Below, one piece after another: positions 14,112 through 25,866 of a stretch of DNA of 64,000 bases. Positions within the stretch are counted from its first letter, which is position 1. Every line of letters starts with the position of its first letter. This stretch comes from Nemertoderma westbladi (lineage: Eukaryota; Animalia; Xenacoelomorpha), in assembly GCA_032718475.1 (NCBI GenBank), contig JAUCBJ010007696.1:106384-170383 (forward strand), read 5' to 3'. The notes under the pieces are model-generated. The model saw nothing but the letters and a program-made list of their open reading frames with translations, was not told the origin of the DNA and made no database searches. A program made the translations under genes and the position numbers.

Positions 14112-14760
14112 TTCGCAATGTTGTTACCATAGGCACCTTGATAGCAACGAACTATGGTGAAACTCTTTACATGGATGGACAGTTTGAATGTTGAATATCA
14201 TAAAACTCGTCAAAGTTACTGACATAATAACTAAGACTACAATATTAAATCACTTTACATAGACTCTATAACACACCATGGTAACAATTGTGTGTTGTGT
14301 AGTGTATAGTGTAGGTGTAAACATGCCAACCGCAATAAGCTTTCTTTGAGAAAAAAATTCAACTCTGCCTACTATTAATAGATTTACTTGTATCTTCCCT
14401 GTGTAACTTTGTTTTCTCATACTGGTTTTGATTATTTTTGTTACAAGTTTAAAAATAGTATGAACCGAACCGCAATTCAATTTCATTTCATTTTAACATT
14501 GTACTTATGGATTGTAAGCCGGATGTGTTTGGGAGAGGTTTAATATTGAACTCCCTCCCGGGGTCACGGGACTTCCCAAATATAACATGCGCTTATTCAT
14601 AAAAGAGACAGATTTGTCTGGACCGTCAGCTAATACTACTGTTACTGTATAATCGTTTTTTTCTTTCTGAAATCTAGGCGTACTGGTACTATCAACACAT
14701 TAGCCACATCTACAATGTCTACACCGGTACTACCTGGGAGCAAGGGAAGTTTGATTTAAG

Positions 14761-15056
14761 ACGTTGCGTTCCCCGCGTTCCCTATCACGTTCCCCGCGTT
14801 CCCTATCACGTTCCCCGCTTTCCTTATTATTACGTTTCCAACATTCCCCGTCACGTTCCCCGCGTTCCCTATCACGTTCCCCGCGTTTCCTATCACGTTC
14901 CCCGCTTTCCTTATTATTACGTTGCCAACATTCCCCGTCACGTTCCCCGCTTTCCTTATTACGTTCCCAACATTCCCCGTCACGTTCCGTCCCCCGCGTT
15001 CCCCGCATTCCTTATTACATTCCCACCATTCCATTCCCAGTATTACATTCCCTATA
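14761..15056. repeat. Low-complexity tandem repeat (CACGTTCCCCGCGTTCCCTAT-type 21-bp units with ~69-bp higher period)
   Basis: Repeated ACGTTCCCC motifs; repetitive ORFs in three frames/strands are explained by the repeat. Confidence 0.85.
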
Positions 15057-16137
15057 ACGGGGGACTGATTCGTTCCTCGCTTCCACTTGCCGCTTCGCCC
15101 ACTCGCCACCATTGAGTTACACTAAACCCTATTCATATCTTCGTGTTTTTCGATCGATACTTGTTTGGTGATGTTAAGCAGATTCGTACTAAACAATGCT
15201 GATTTATAGCCAACTAACTGTATTACCACACAGCTCTGTATCAATCGATGTTGTTGTCAATTCTCGGAAGTTGAATACTCTACCACCTACAGAGTTCTAT
15301 GTTCTTAGAAACAACGGACAATCCTTACTGAAATGCTTATGTAGTATCATCTACTGTAAGTAGAGAATTATTGCATAGTTTGTCGGCCTTTATAATAATA
15401 GTCGCGCATGTTGGTTCACATAATATAGCTCCGAGTGATACATTATTACGAAGCGGGAACTGCAATTATGCATTTCTCGAGTTGTTATTTGAATAGTTTT
15501 TTTTTCAGCCAACGTAATTTCCATTACCGGTATTATTTTCTAGAATTGTCTTAATTACCGGTATCTTCTGTTATAATACTACTACAACTACTATCATTGG
15601 TCTGTTGCATTGCAGCTGCACATTGAGATGCTATGATAGCGTAACAAAAAATTTGTGCCACCTCCATATAATTTACAATTGGCCCGATGTGATGCAGCGT
15701 GCATTAAGAATGCCATGCCGGTTTTTAGACAAAATTTCTGAAATGAAAATTCTTATAAAATGTATAAATTCATTATTGATATATTCCGCTGTCCCGCAAA
15801 CTCCCGCCCCGATGTGTGTAAGCATGTTTGTTAAAAACACCAATCAATATATTTGGTATTGACCAACATAACATATAGTATTACTACTAGGGATGTCCCG
15901 GAATTCCGTTCCGGCCGGAATTCCGGCGGTTTTTGCCCGATTCCGGTTCCAGCCGGAGTTGCCAGAATGGAGTCAATTCCGTCCGGAATTTTACCGGAAT
16001 TACCAGGTTCCTAACTAGTTTAGTAATTTCAATTAGTTTGTTAAATTATTATCAACATTTATATATTTTTTAAACTTTATTACCAATTAGTTTACTTGTA
16101 AAAAAGTATTGAGCTATAGTATTAGAGCTAACATTGG

Positions 16138-16281
16138 AGGATGCAAGGCATAGATGCCTCCTGCTGGTTAGCCCCTTCAAACCATTCGTGCCGAATCGAA
16201 AACTGCCTTGGCCCACATGCTGGGATCGAATCCACGACATCCACAGAGATGGGAATTCAATGCAACCACTACACCAAAGTG
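16138..16281 (-). mobile_element. tRNA-derived SINE (copy 1), nested in the hAT element
   Basis: Minus strand has A box TGGTGTAGTGG and B-box-like GGATTCGATCCC; a clearly related copy lies at 62291-62426. Confidence 0.7.
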
Positions 16282-16477
16282 GAAACTAACTAACCTATAT
16301 AACGAGGGAAAATTCACAGCCACCCTGATTTTTAAAGTGAATGCAGTCTTGATGGGTATGTAACACATTTCCAAAAAACATATGTCATTATCATTAAAAC
16401 ATTATCCACCATCTGTTACACCACCTGCTGTAGTGTTCATATACAATTCACAATAACTCGTGAGTCGTATGCCAAAA

Positions 16478-16585
16478 GATTATTTTACATTATTTAACAT
16501 TGATTTTACATTATTTTACATTGATTTTACATTATTTTACATTGATTTTACATTATTTTACATCGATTTTACATTATTTTACTTT
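16478..16585. repeat. Short 21-bp tandem repeat (TTTTACATTATTTTACATTGA)n
   Basis: About five consecutive copies visible. Confidence 0.85.
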
Positions 16586-17519
16586 GACTGATTTATTAAA
16601 TAATGTGATAATATTATGATTGGTATTGTCCAACATAATAATAAGATTACCCCAAAAGATTTGCAGCTTATTACCAAGGAGGTCCTTCATGTTACTTGGT
16701 TACAAATACAATATTACATAAATACACTGAGCTAATCTAAAATTAATATAAAACGTTTACACTAAGTACAGGTCCTGCTAGTAGTTGTTATGTAGTTCAG
16801 TCCTGCGCCGTAGGTGCTGCATAAGTGCATAATACAGTAGTTTTATTTATATTTACAGCAAAGCTATTTCTTACCATAAATCGATTTATTCTCAGCAAAA
16901 AATAAACTGTATGTAACATGTAATATTGACACTCGTTTATTGTTTTGGTTCGAATAACATGTCACTGTAACCTGCTTCTTTCCCTTAACGGCACCAGGAT
17001 ATTGCATTAAAGGACGTAATGACGCGAAACCCCAGGTTCTTGGTTAACGTAGATTTTTAGGGAAAACTTTTTTAGGGAAACTAAATGCTAAAAACCTAAC
17101 TTTTGGCCAAGGTTATATATTAAATAAAAATAATTATATTGAATTCCTTGTCGTTTAAGGCCGAAGTATCATCCCGTCCCCATAATAGTCCATAACGGCC
17201 CAGGCCACTCTCCACTCCACCCACCAAAACTCCCCGGGAGGTGCTGATTGATCTCATTAGTAAACTTGGCTTTAGAAATTAAAAAAAATCACTTATATCA
17301 CAAAAAATTATTAAAGTTTCATAGGTCATTTTGTGTATTTCACTAATTATAGAAAATGCCGGTTCCGGCCGGAATATTCCGGTATGTTGAATTCCGGTTC
17401 CGGTCGGAATCAAAATATCGATTCCGGGACATCCCTAATTATTACCCCCAAAGCTTTGCAGCTTATTTCTAATTGGGTCCTTAGAAAGGGGGGGGGGGGG
17501 GGGGTACTTGAAAACGTTT

Positions 17520-17990
17520 AGCACGATCTATCTTACTTCTCGAGAGATGGCTGTCTGTCCGTCTGTCTGTCTGTCTGTCCGTCAGTATGTCTGTCCGTCA
17601 ATAAAAATCATACTATCTGTCTAAAAAATTCCGTATATGGGTTTTCGGGGTCGGTGACTTCATTTCTGATGTCATTATTCAAATTTGGCCTCGTCTTTTC
17701 TGTCTGTATTCCTGTCCGTCAAATATAACCGACAGCCAAACAGACAATTTGAAAGACATCAAATGTTAAAACTGACTCTCGAAGTGAATTCTGCGACCAG
17801 GGAAACCCATATAACTAAACTTTTAGCCAGATGGTGTGACCATTTCTTATTTTGACGGACAGATTGTCGGATTGTCAGATAGACCGACAAACAGACTAAC
17901 TAGATATCATTAAAAGTGAAATCTGAAACCAGAAATGAAATCAGCGACCTGGAAAACCCCCATAGCAATAATCTCAGCATGATTTTGTTG
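17520..17990. repeat. Dispersed repeat with (CTGT)n/(CAGA)n tracts and internal inverted arms (copy 1)
   Basis: Aligns by eye along its length with 30430-30925; internal inverted motif GGGTTTTCGGGGTCGGTGACTTCATTTCTG versus CAGAAATGAAATCAGCGACCTGGAAAACCCC. Confidence 0.75.
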
Positions 17991-19641
17991 TTTCGTATTG
18001 CTAGATCAACAGCATAATTCAGTCATCAGTAATGGAATACCGAACGCAGTAGTGCAGTGCACAGCACATTCCAGCTTACAGAATAATACACTACATTACC
18101 AGACCAGTACCAGAGTACTGCAGTACTGAAATAGAAGTGCACTGGCTGGCACTTAAACTTTTCGACCTCCACATTGGCCATTTTTGAAAATACCAGAATT
18201 TTATAAACCTTGCCAATTAAATCAGCACATTCTAAAACCTTAGTAGCCAAACTATAAGACCAAATTACCAGTTTTGGCTATTTGAAAATTTAGAGCTACT
18301 TGTAATTTTGGTGCTCTTTTGGTGTCTATTATAAAATAAACAATGAAGATTTTATTCTAATTTCGCTTTCGATTACTAATAATTATTTCGACTAACCAAA
18401 AAAGCATAATATGGTTTAATGGTTATACCAAAGTCTTTGAAGGGTGATGTATTTTGTGTAATTTTATCAATTCCGAAATGTTCCGAAATGGTATGGGTTC
18501 CAGGAACTCATCATATCTCGTAAACTACTGGAGCTATTAACTTTTTATTTGTCTCATCTGAAAGAGGATATAATTTTAGTTAGGGACAAGTACTTTCGAC
18601 GCGCCTGACATATTGTATCAGGAGTTTTATTTAAGAGATATAACTGGCCCACTAAATTTAGGGGCTTTTCAGCAGCTTGGCGGGTCGTATCTATAGTACG
18701 TCATGATTTCATGTAATAGCTGATTATAATCAAAATAATTAAAATTAATTAATTTTTTTTTAATTAGCTAATTAAAAATTCAATAAAATAAATATTGTAG
18801 AGTCAATCGTGCTGAATCCACAAAAGTCAAAATTTCATGTCATGAAGTTTGGACCAAGATTGCCTTAAATGTTTACCTTAAAGAACATTTCCTTGAAGGA
18901 AGTAACACTGCAACCTGTTAATTTCCATCATCAATAATCACAGTAACATCATTGATTCAACCAACCTATTGCGCTCCCCCTTCCTTCTCCTTGGTTCTCA
19001 TGGAGTTTTTCTTTACGGCCTTTAAAGATGCCAGTAGTGGAGAGAAACTCTGCAACCCGAGGTGGGGGAAAGGCGGCGAGACAACGGGTTGAGGTACTTC
19101 CGATTGTGGCGACGCATGAATAAACCAGGGTAGCCGCCGCTCTACGGCATAACCTAGATAAACCTTATTATTCCTTGATGTATTGACCTCAATTACTGGG
19201 GCTAATCGGTAGGCAAATTATTCATCAGATCAAGACCCCTGAAAAGGCATTGTTTGTTTTCCATGCAATAATATAAATACTTTTTAGGCTTATTTGAGAA
19301 GATTTATATACGTACTGTATTTATGTAAATTGTAATAGAAGAACCTATTTATTTGTTTTGTCTACTTGTTGGTTTATTATTGAAGCTGTATCCTTTGTTG
19401 ACATTCGCTATTTTAGTTGAATCGTTCTCTGAACAGGAGCTCAACCGAACATAAAGAGACGCAACAACATAATTCATTAACTTGGATTCGATAATTTTTT
19501 AATATTGGAATTTCGTACTAATTACATTTTTGTTCCTGTTCATGATCATAGTCAATACATAAAATTGAAATACAACATAAACGTGTAAGTCGTTTTGTCA
19601 TTGGGCTAAGGTGTCAAAGGGGGTTTAATCGAAGCAGAATA

Positions 19642-20316
19642 ATGAAGCCCATCTATCACATCCTTTGGGTTTCCTATTTCGTAGCCCTCTGCGTCTGCGA
19701 AAACGGTCTCCTAACGTGTAAGGAGTCCATCACATACGAGTTCTGGTCAGAAGACCACAACCTCATAGAAAAATACGAGACCAAAATCAAGCTGTTAGGA
19801 GCGCAGGGTACTTGGGAGTTTCTCCCAGGCCATTACATTCTGAACGAGCCCCGGTCATCAGGCCCAGAGTGCTTCCAATGCGGTTCTGTCTCCAAGAGAT
19901 TTACAGGTCATAACAACAAGGATGTTGTGATCCGTTTCCAAGTCGTCCACAGGCTTTGCTACAGAAATGGGCCTGAGTGCCACTCTCTTACAGAGGATGA
20001 ATGTGCCGACTTACTCATAACAAATTTCGTTGGCCACGATGACTTGCTGATGTCGACCCTGCACGGGATCGTGAGTAGTCTAAGAGATGGGATCGAGTTC
20101 ACCTACGAGGTTTGTTCCAACCAGTGTTGTGAGACAGAGGAGTGTCCTCTACAGGTCTGGAAGGAAACCGATCAATGGGTAGTTCCGGTAGTTGGCAATG
20201 CAACCACCCCCTCCATCTCCACAACAACGAAGGCTCTTTCAAGTGAACCGAGCAGAGCTTCGACAGCAATATTTTCGACAAATATTATCGTTGTCGTTTT
20301 GCTTCTATTCCTGTAA
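19642..20316 (+). CDS. Cys-rich secreted protein, probably GPI-anchored (224 aa, single coding exon)
   Basis: N-terminal hydrophobic signal peptide (MKPIYHILWVSYFVALCVC), ~10 Cys in the mature part ending CSNQCCETEECP, an S/T-rich stalk with NAT sequon, and a C-terminal hydrophobic tail (SRASTAIFSTNIIVVVLLLFL*) with no cytoplasmic residues. GC is raised over the flanks. Confidence 0.8.
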   Translation: MKPIYHILWVSYFVALCVCENGLLTCKESITYEFWSEDHNLIEKYETKIKLLGAQGTWEFLPGHYILNEPRSSGPECFQCGSVSKRFTGHNNKDVVIRFQVVHRLCYRNGPECHSLTEDECADLLITNFVGHDDLLMSTLHGIVSSLRDGIEFTYEVCSNQCCETEECPLQVWKETDQWVVPVVGNATTPSISTTTKALSSEPSRASTAIFSTNIIVVVLLLFL

Positions 20317-20589
20317 AGAAACACAAAAGTAATGAAGCAGCAAACGAATTGCCGTTTACATGTGGGATATTGCTGTACATTTACGCAAAACCTTAAGACA
20401 TTATTATGGTGTTGGTATTTATTGATGTTGGATTTGTTATCATATTTAGGGCCTATATGAAATCGTATCAAATTCAACGGGAACTGCACTGCACTTCACT
20501 CCGTACGCCATTTAGCGTAATTATTATTACCGACAATTTTATTTATAGTAATTATTAGTGGCATTTTGGGTAAATGGGAGGTTTCATGT

Positions 20590-20935
20590 TATTAGAATTT
20601 TCGTTGAGCACTGCATAGAAATTCGGCAATGCCGTCAGGTGGGGTCGATCATATGACCTCCAGGTTTGAAGTCGCCCGGTGCAATAGGGTTAGGGTTGAA
20701 TATTGTGGTTACAGTGGCGCAGCTATTGGTATTGGCAGTTGGAAGCCGTTTAGTGTTGACGTAAATTAAATAGCCGACATAGGCCTACAATATATCAGGC
20801 TGTTTGCCAGGTATACCTTTACGTGAGCCGGTATCGGAATAGATCGCCGTCTGACTTCCAACCTAGAGGTCACCAGTTCGATCCCATCTTGACGTCAATG
20901 CCAATGCTCGGCTCAGGGAAAATTATTATATAGAT
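20590..20935. repeat. Degenerate inverted repeat / old MITE
   Basis: GGGTCGATCATATGACCTCCAGGTTTGAAGTC (~20642) is an imperfect reverse complement of GACTTCCAACCTAGAGGTCACCAGTTCGATCCC (~20853); a related fragment lies near 31958. Confidence 0.5.
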
Positions 20936-22208
20936 CGTAATGACACAATAGCGCGAGGTAGAGACGAGGCAAAGGGACTAGACAATAATTATTAGACATA
21001 CAGGCTATACTATGGGGCGCCGTTGCCAAAAATCAGAATGGACAACCTCTACAGACGTGGCGATCACCTTTTTTGTCAGATAAAGATTCTCCCTTGTTTT
21101 TAAGTTATAAATACTGTAGGCCTACACTACATACACTGTAGTACAGATCATTATTGAGTGTTCTCCCTTGGGAGATAGTGTGGCGCCCGACTATTCGATA
21201 TAATTTTTACATTACATCGTGACGTAATTCAGGTGCTGCGCAAAGTTTCAAGTTATAAGGAAGGAATCTTTATCTTTGTGGCAGTCGGAGTCTAGTATAA
21301 TTATCGTGTTTATTAACTTTTACATTTAGTCGGTTCAGAATATAAAAATTGTATGCCCTGCCCACTACTCAACTCTATTCAGGTTCTCTATTCACCCCTC
21401 GGCTATTAATTGTGTTAAATGTTATTGTTACACTTACAGTATAATATAATTATAATTGTGTTTAGGTCAATTGTGTTGTTAAAGCCGCAATTATACAAAT
21501 CTGTATATTTTATTTGAAAAATAACTTTTTTCTCACTAATATTTTAGGAGGTCGACAAATCTATACCGGCGGCGGCGGTATCTATTGATTTGCCTATACC
21601 CACCCATACGGTATCTAAAACCTTAAAAAAAACTTGGTCTAGTCAGCTAGTGGTGACAGCTGTAATCACAGCGTTGTAGTTGTGGAAATTATATGAATAT
21701 TTAATTTTACTGAGTTAAATAATACTTTTTACCAACCAATTAGGTCAGGATTGGATTGATTGATGAGATCACTAATAAATTAATACTCGATGTGATAAAT
21801 AACATACCAAAGTTTTATCGAATTTTGGCATAAAAATAAAATTACGCACCATCTGCAACAAAACGATCTATTTGATTATATTATCAGATTACAGATAGTA
21901 TCGCATTACAAGTACCGGTACCGTTACCGGTCTGCCGGTAGAACTACGTCATATTGTTATTCTTGTTGAGTTGCCGGCTGAGGTAAGGTACCGGTACCCC
22001 ACTCCTACATTTAAGATTTATAAGAATAAGGTGTGAAGGAAGGAAGGCTGGTGTACTGTCGGTTTCTGGATTTGGTGTCATGCACGCAGTACTGAAGTAG
22101 GGCCTAGCCTACAGTACACAGCACACAGTACAGCAGTAAGCCATAAGCTACGGTCTGATGTAGCCTAACTCATGAACTCCTGAACTCCGTAAAACTAAAG
22201 AGTGCGGA

Positions 22209-23135
22209 ATGATGAGTTCTCATGAAAACGGAGTCGAACCTAATCTTTACAATGGCGATGACACAGTAACCCATGGCAACGACGCGCACAATAAACTCAT
22301 CGCACACTCAGTTCATCCATCTGTCAGTAAACAGGTCGTACAGACCTCGGTACCGGTACCTAACACTTTATATACCGGTACCGGAACAGTACCTGACTAT
22401 TTATCTCCCTTTCCCTCCGCTGTCCCCAACTCCTCCATCGCCTCTCCTTCTACTCCTTCCCTGATCCTATCTCGCGATGTTAACCAGGGTTACCGAACCT
22501 ACTGGGGCGACAGTGAAGACGAAGAGAGCGTAAACTCTAGTCAGATCGCTGACAACGAGATCCTCTACATCGAACAGAACCGTCGCTACAGTAAGTTTAC
22601 CCAAACCCCTCCGCTTCTCTCGTCCCCACCCCCCAGTCGTCGGAAGGACCGACAGCTAACAGACAGACACCCGACCGACCTATCTAACCTCACCTCTCAT
22701 CTCCTGCAGCGCTCCTCCAACGTGCTCCTCCTCGGAGGAAACTTCTTCCGTCGTCCCACGGCCGGAGTCTTCCTCCGGCACCATCGCGCCGCCGACGTTC
22801 TCCCGGACGACGTGGCGCTTATCCCGGAGTTGCTCGTTCCGACTCTCCGTCGTCCCGCCAGCGAACCGCCCCCCGCCGCTCACATCAGGGTCGCCAGACG
22901 GCTGAAAACTATATCGGAGGAGTTGGCCTCAACTTACGAGTTGGACCGCCCCGATGCCGGTCAAATGTCCGGGATCAACCGGAAACTGTCTGGGACCAAC
23001 CGGACACTGTCTGGGACCAACCGGACACTGTCCGGTTACATAGCGTCCGGGTTCAGACGACTCCGACGTTGGGGTTCCCAACCAACATGCGGTCCATTCG
23101 CGGAAACCTCAAATGACGTTTACGACACCGGCTAA
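22209..23135 (+). CDS. 308-aa Ser/Pro-rich disordered protein; candidate BH3-only protein
   Basis: Long GC-rich ORF in AT-rich context, followed by AATAAA (~23222). Motifs: SKFTQTPP, RRPASEPP, VARRLKTISEEL, 7-aa repeat GTNRTLS. Coding status is well supported; function is inferred from motifs. Confidence 0.7.
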   Translation: MMSSHENGVEPNLYNGDDTVTHGNDAHNKLIAHSVHPSVSKQVVQTSVPVPNTLYTGTGTVPDYLSPFPSAVPNSSIASPSTPSLILSRDVNQGYRTYWGDSEDEESVNSSQIADNEILYIEQNRRYSKFTQTPPLLSSPPPSRRKDRQLTDRHPTDLSNLTSHLLQRSSNVLLLGGNFFRRPTAGVFLRHHRAADVLPDDVALIPELLVPTLRRPASEPPPAAHIRVARRLKTISEELASTYELDRPDAGQMSGINRKLSGTNRTLSGTNRTLSGYIASGFRRLRRWGSQPTCGPFAETSNDVYDTG

Positions 23136-23407
23136 TGTAACTTTACTATAAATTATTTAAGTAGCCGTAATTAATACATTAATTTAAGTGTACAGTAAGC
23201 TAGTGGTGAAGTTCTTCCACTAATAAAGAAAACAATTATTAAGAAATCAAATTAAGGAATTAAGTTCTTTTAAAATAAAAAGTTCTATAACAAATTTTAC
23301 TTGCGTGCAATTATGGGGCAATCGTTTTATTTATGTAGCATTTAGTCTCCGCTTTGTAATAATAAATTGTACTAAGTAGATATTTATTTCGTTAGATTTT
23401 AGCTCAT

Positions 23408-25377
23408 GGGTGATTCTCATCAAATCTGTACCGCGTTGCGGCTGCGGGTGGGACAAAGGTCAAAAAAAAGTTTTCAGAAAGTTAAATATTCCAGTACTAA
23501 AATATTGTTTTATAATACTAGTGTGGTTTTTAAAGTTTCCAAGCAATAGCACTTGTGGTATTTAAAATACAGTATATTAAATCTGGTTGTTTGCCATTGT
23601 TGCGGATGGGACAAAGCCATGTCATTGTGCTGATAGATTATATTTGCACATAAGATACATCATTTTGTTAAAAAATAAGAACCTTGTTGCTATAAAAATA
23701 CGTAAAAATCTAAAATTCTATAAGAATTCTTAAAAAATCTAAGAAATTCAGCAGCGTATCTTATGTGGACCCATCTCTTGGGAAATAAGAAGCTAATATA
23801 TAAATTATCAACGTCACAGATAATTGTTTAACATGAACTACAATACCACAGTGATATAACAAATATTTAGTTGGTGTCTACGAAAAATCCTACTTCTGGT
23901 TCATTATGAATGTTGCGGATCGGACATTATATACTTGTTTATCGAATATTGTGGGATTACGGGAAATTTAAAGCAACACCAATTGGGGAGAAAGATGGCA
24001 GCGAATGCAAACGACAAAAATTGGCTTTATGTTCATAACACAAACATCATTTTATAATGATTCAACTAATGTTCCGCCCGCAACTTTCATAACAAATTAG
24101 TAAATACTTAAATAGAAAATACTAAATACTAAAAAGTTTAGAAACCACCAGTAGAGTCAGTGGAACTGCTGAAGTTGCATATTAATGTTCCCAATGTCAT
24201 TTTGTTTGACAATATGGACTGGACAGTTGCCATCAAACTCTTACGTTTCTTTCTGAACTGCATTAGTTTCCAATTTTATTATTGACTTTTCACATTCAGT
24301 CATTTGGCATTATGAATCTAATTAATGGGTCAATCAAGGCTTGTAAAGTATAATACCGATGTTGTTGACGTACCAATATCTTATGGTTTGACATTGTTCA
24401 CAATGTGGAGTTTTATTGTACCAATAGACCTCAATCAATATGCTTCTTGGAAACTGATAATAATGTGGCTGAAGGATTTTTCAAGTTAAATTTAAATCAT
24501 TAACATGTTCAGATCACAAATATTACGATAATATAAAACATAACATCTTACATTGGCTGTATATAGTGAGTATCATATACCTAAAGTTAGGTGTTACCGA
24601 TGGGACATCCGTTGCGGACGGGACATCCGTTGGGGATGGGACATTGGCATTTACTTGTTTACCTGGGAATAACGGATAATATATGTAAACTTTTTTTGTT
24701 ATTTATTAATTAGTTAGGGTTTATGTCTTACAGAAAAAATATAAATATCCACTTGATAGTGTCCAGGGCTTACAAGAACCGCCCGTTGCGGATGGGACAG
24801 GTTGCTTGTAATTTCAAACAAACGGTAGAAATTTGAGTTTATTTTTCAATAATACTTGGAAGATTGTGCTTAATTGCTACAATACTGTGTGTCTGTAATA
24901 ATTGACCAACTTTTGGCACAAAAATACACGTTATAATACCATTCGTGTTCCCCTAAATGAAGAATGTTTCGGATGGGACATTTAGAATGATGACAATTTT
25001 TGTTCCACCGATAAAAGCTAAAATCAAAGCCTAAAAATAAATCAATCCTTATTTTTTTCACTTTAAAACGTAAGCTGGACATATACCAGGTAATATTGAA
25101 GAGATAATCTTTGAGCATAATGTTTGTAAATTATAGACTAACGTAGTTTATTTTTCACAAATGTTGTCGATGGGACACATTTTATTATTATTTTGACTTC
25201 AAGAGGTCATGACATATATTTGCAGAATCCTTTTTGTGGCACATAGGTTGGAATATTATTGTCGAATAAAATGAGCCATTACTCTTATATCTATGATGGT
25301 TAGTATGAGAAATAAACGAACATGAAATAGGGAAATGTCCCGTCCACAACGCGGTACAGATTTGATGAGAATCACCC
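23408..25377. mobile_element. Non-autonomous DNA transposon, Sola2-like (1970 bp)
   Basis: Perfect 31-bp TIR GGGTGATTCTCATCAAATCTGTACCGCGTTG; 4-bp TSD TCAT (23404-23407, 25378-25381); internal repeated motif TTGCGGATGGGACA. A 4-bp TSD with GRG termini fits Sola2 (superfamily is inference). Confidence 0.85.
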
Positions 25378-25684
25378 TCATGTTTTTTTGCTGTGCAGTT
25401 TAGTAGATGCTGTATTTATTTATAGATAGGTTGCTATATAATTAATAACGTAGTCGTTTTAGTTGAAATACATATTGTGCAGTGATAACCCAAGTATTAA
25501 ATGTAAATTTATTAACCTTATAATTTCCACCTCAAATCTAGCTTTAAAAATTATTGGAATAGTAAAATGTTGAATCTTGGGTTTATGATTTCATTTAGAA
25601 TGACATTACATGGAATTATATCGTAGGGTACGTGTCATCATTGTTTAGGAGAGCCTATAAAAGATATAGAGAGATATAGATAGG

Positions 25685-25866
25685 GCCTTTCTGCAGTAAA
25701 ATATTGCCCAATAGGATTGTTGGAATTTACTTTATTGCGTAATAATCATCACTTCCCATTGGTTAAAACTTTACATAGGAGGGACTTTCTGCAGTAAAAT
25801 AATGTCCGCTGGGATATAGGGCTTTACTTTAATAGGCAATAATCATCACTTCCCATTGGTTAAAAT
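25685..25866. repeat. Two-copy direct repeat of ~98 bp
   Basis: CTTTCTGCAGTAAAATA...AATAATCATCACTTCCCATTGGTTAAAA occurs twice in tandem. Confidence 0.75.

Larger units (their letters stand above)
15888..17437. mobile_element. Non-autonomous hAT-type DNA transposon (~1.55 kb)
   Basis: Perfect 17-bp TIR TAGGGATGTCCCGGAAT...ATTCCGGGACATCCCTA; 8-bp flanks ATTACTAC / ATTATTAC (7/8 match, TSD); subterminal CCGG/TTCCGG arrays; no transposase ORF. Confidence 0.85.

Noticed and set aside
14730-15112. RS-rich ORF (RSPRSLSRSP...) as an alternative last exon of the SR-like gene
   Set aside because: It arises from a simple repeat that is open in several frames on both strands. The nearest AG (14760) gives phase 0, not the phase 2 of the 14039 exon.
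16138-16281. Functional tRNA gene
   Set aside because: A/B boxes are present but there is no convincing cloverleaf. A diverged second copy shares non-tRNA 3' sequence, so SINE is the better call.
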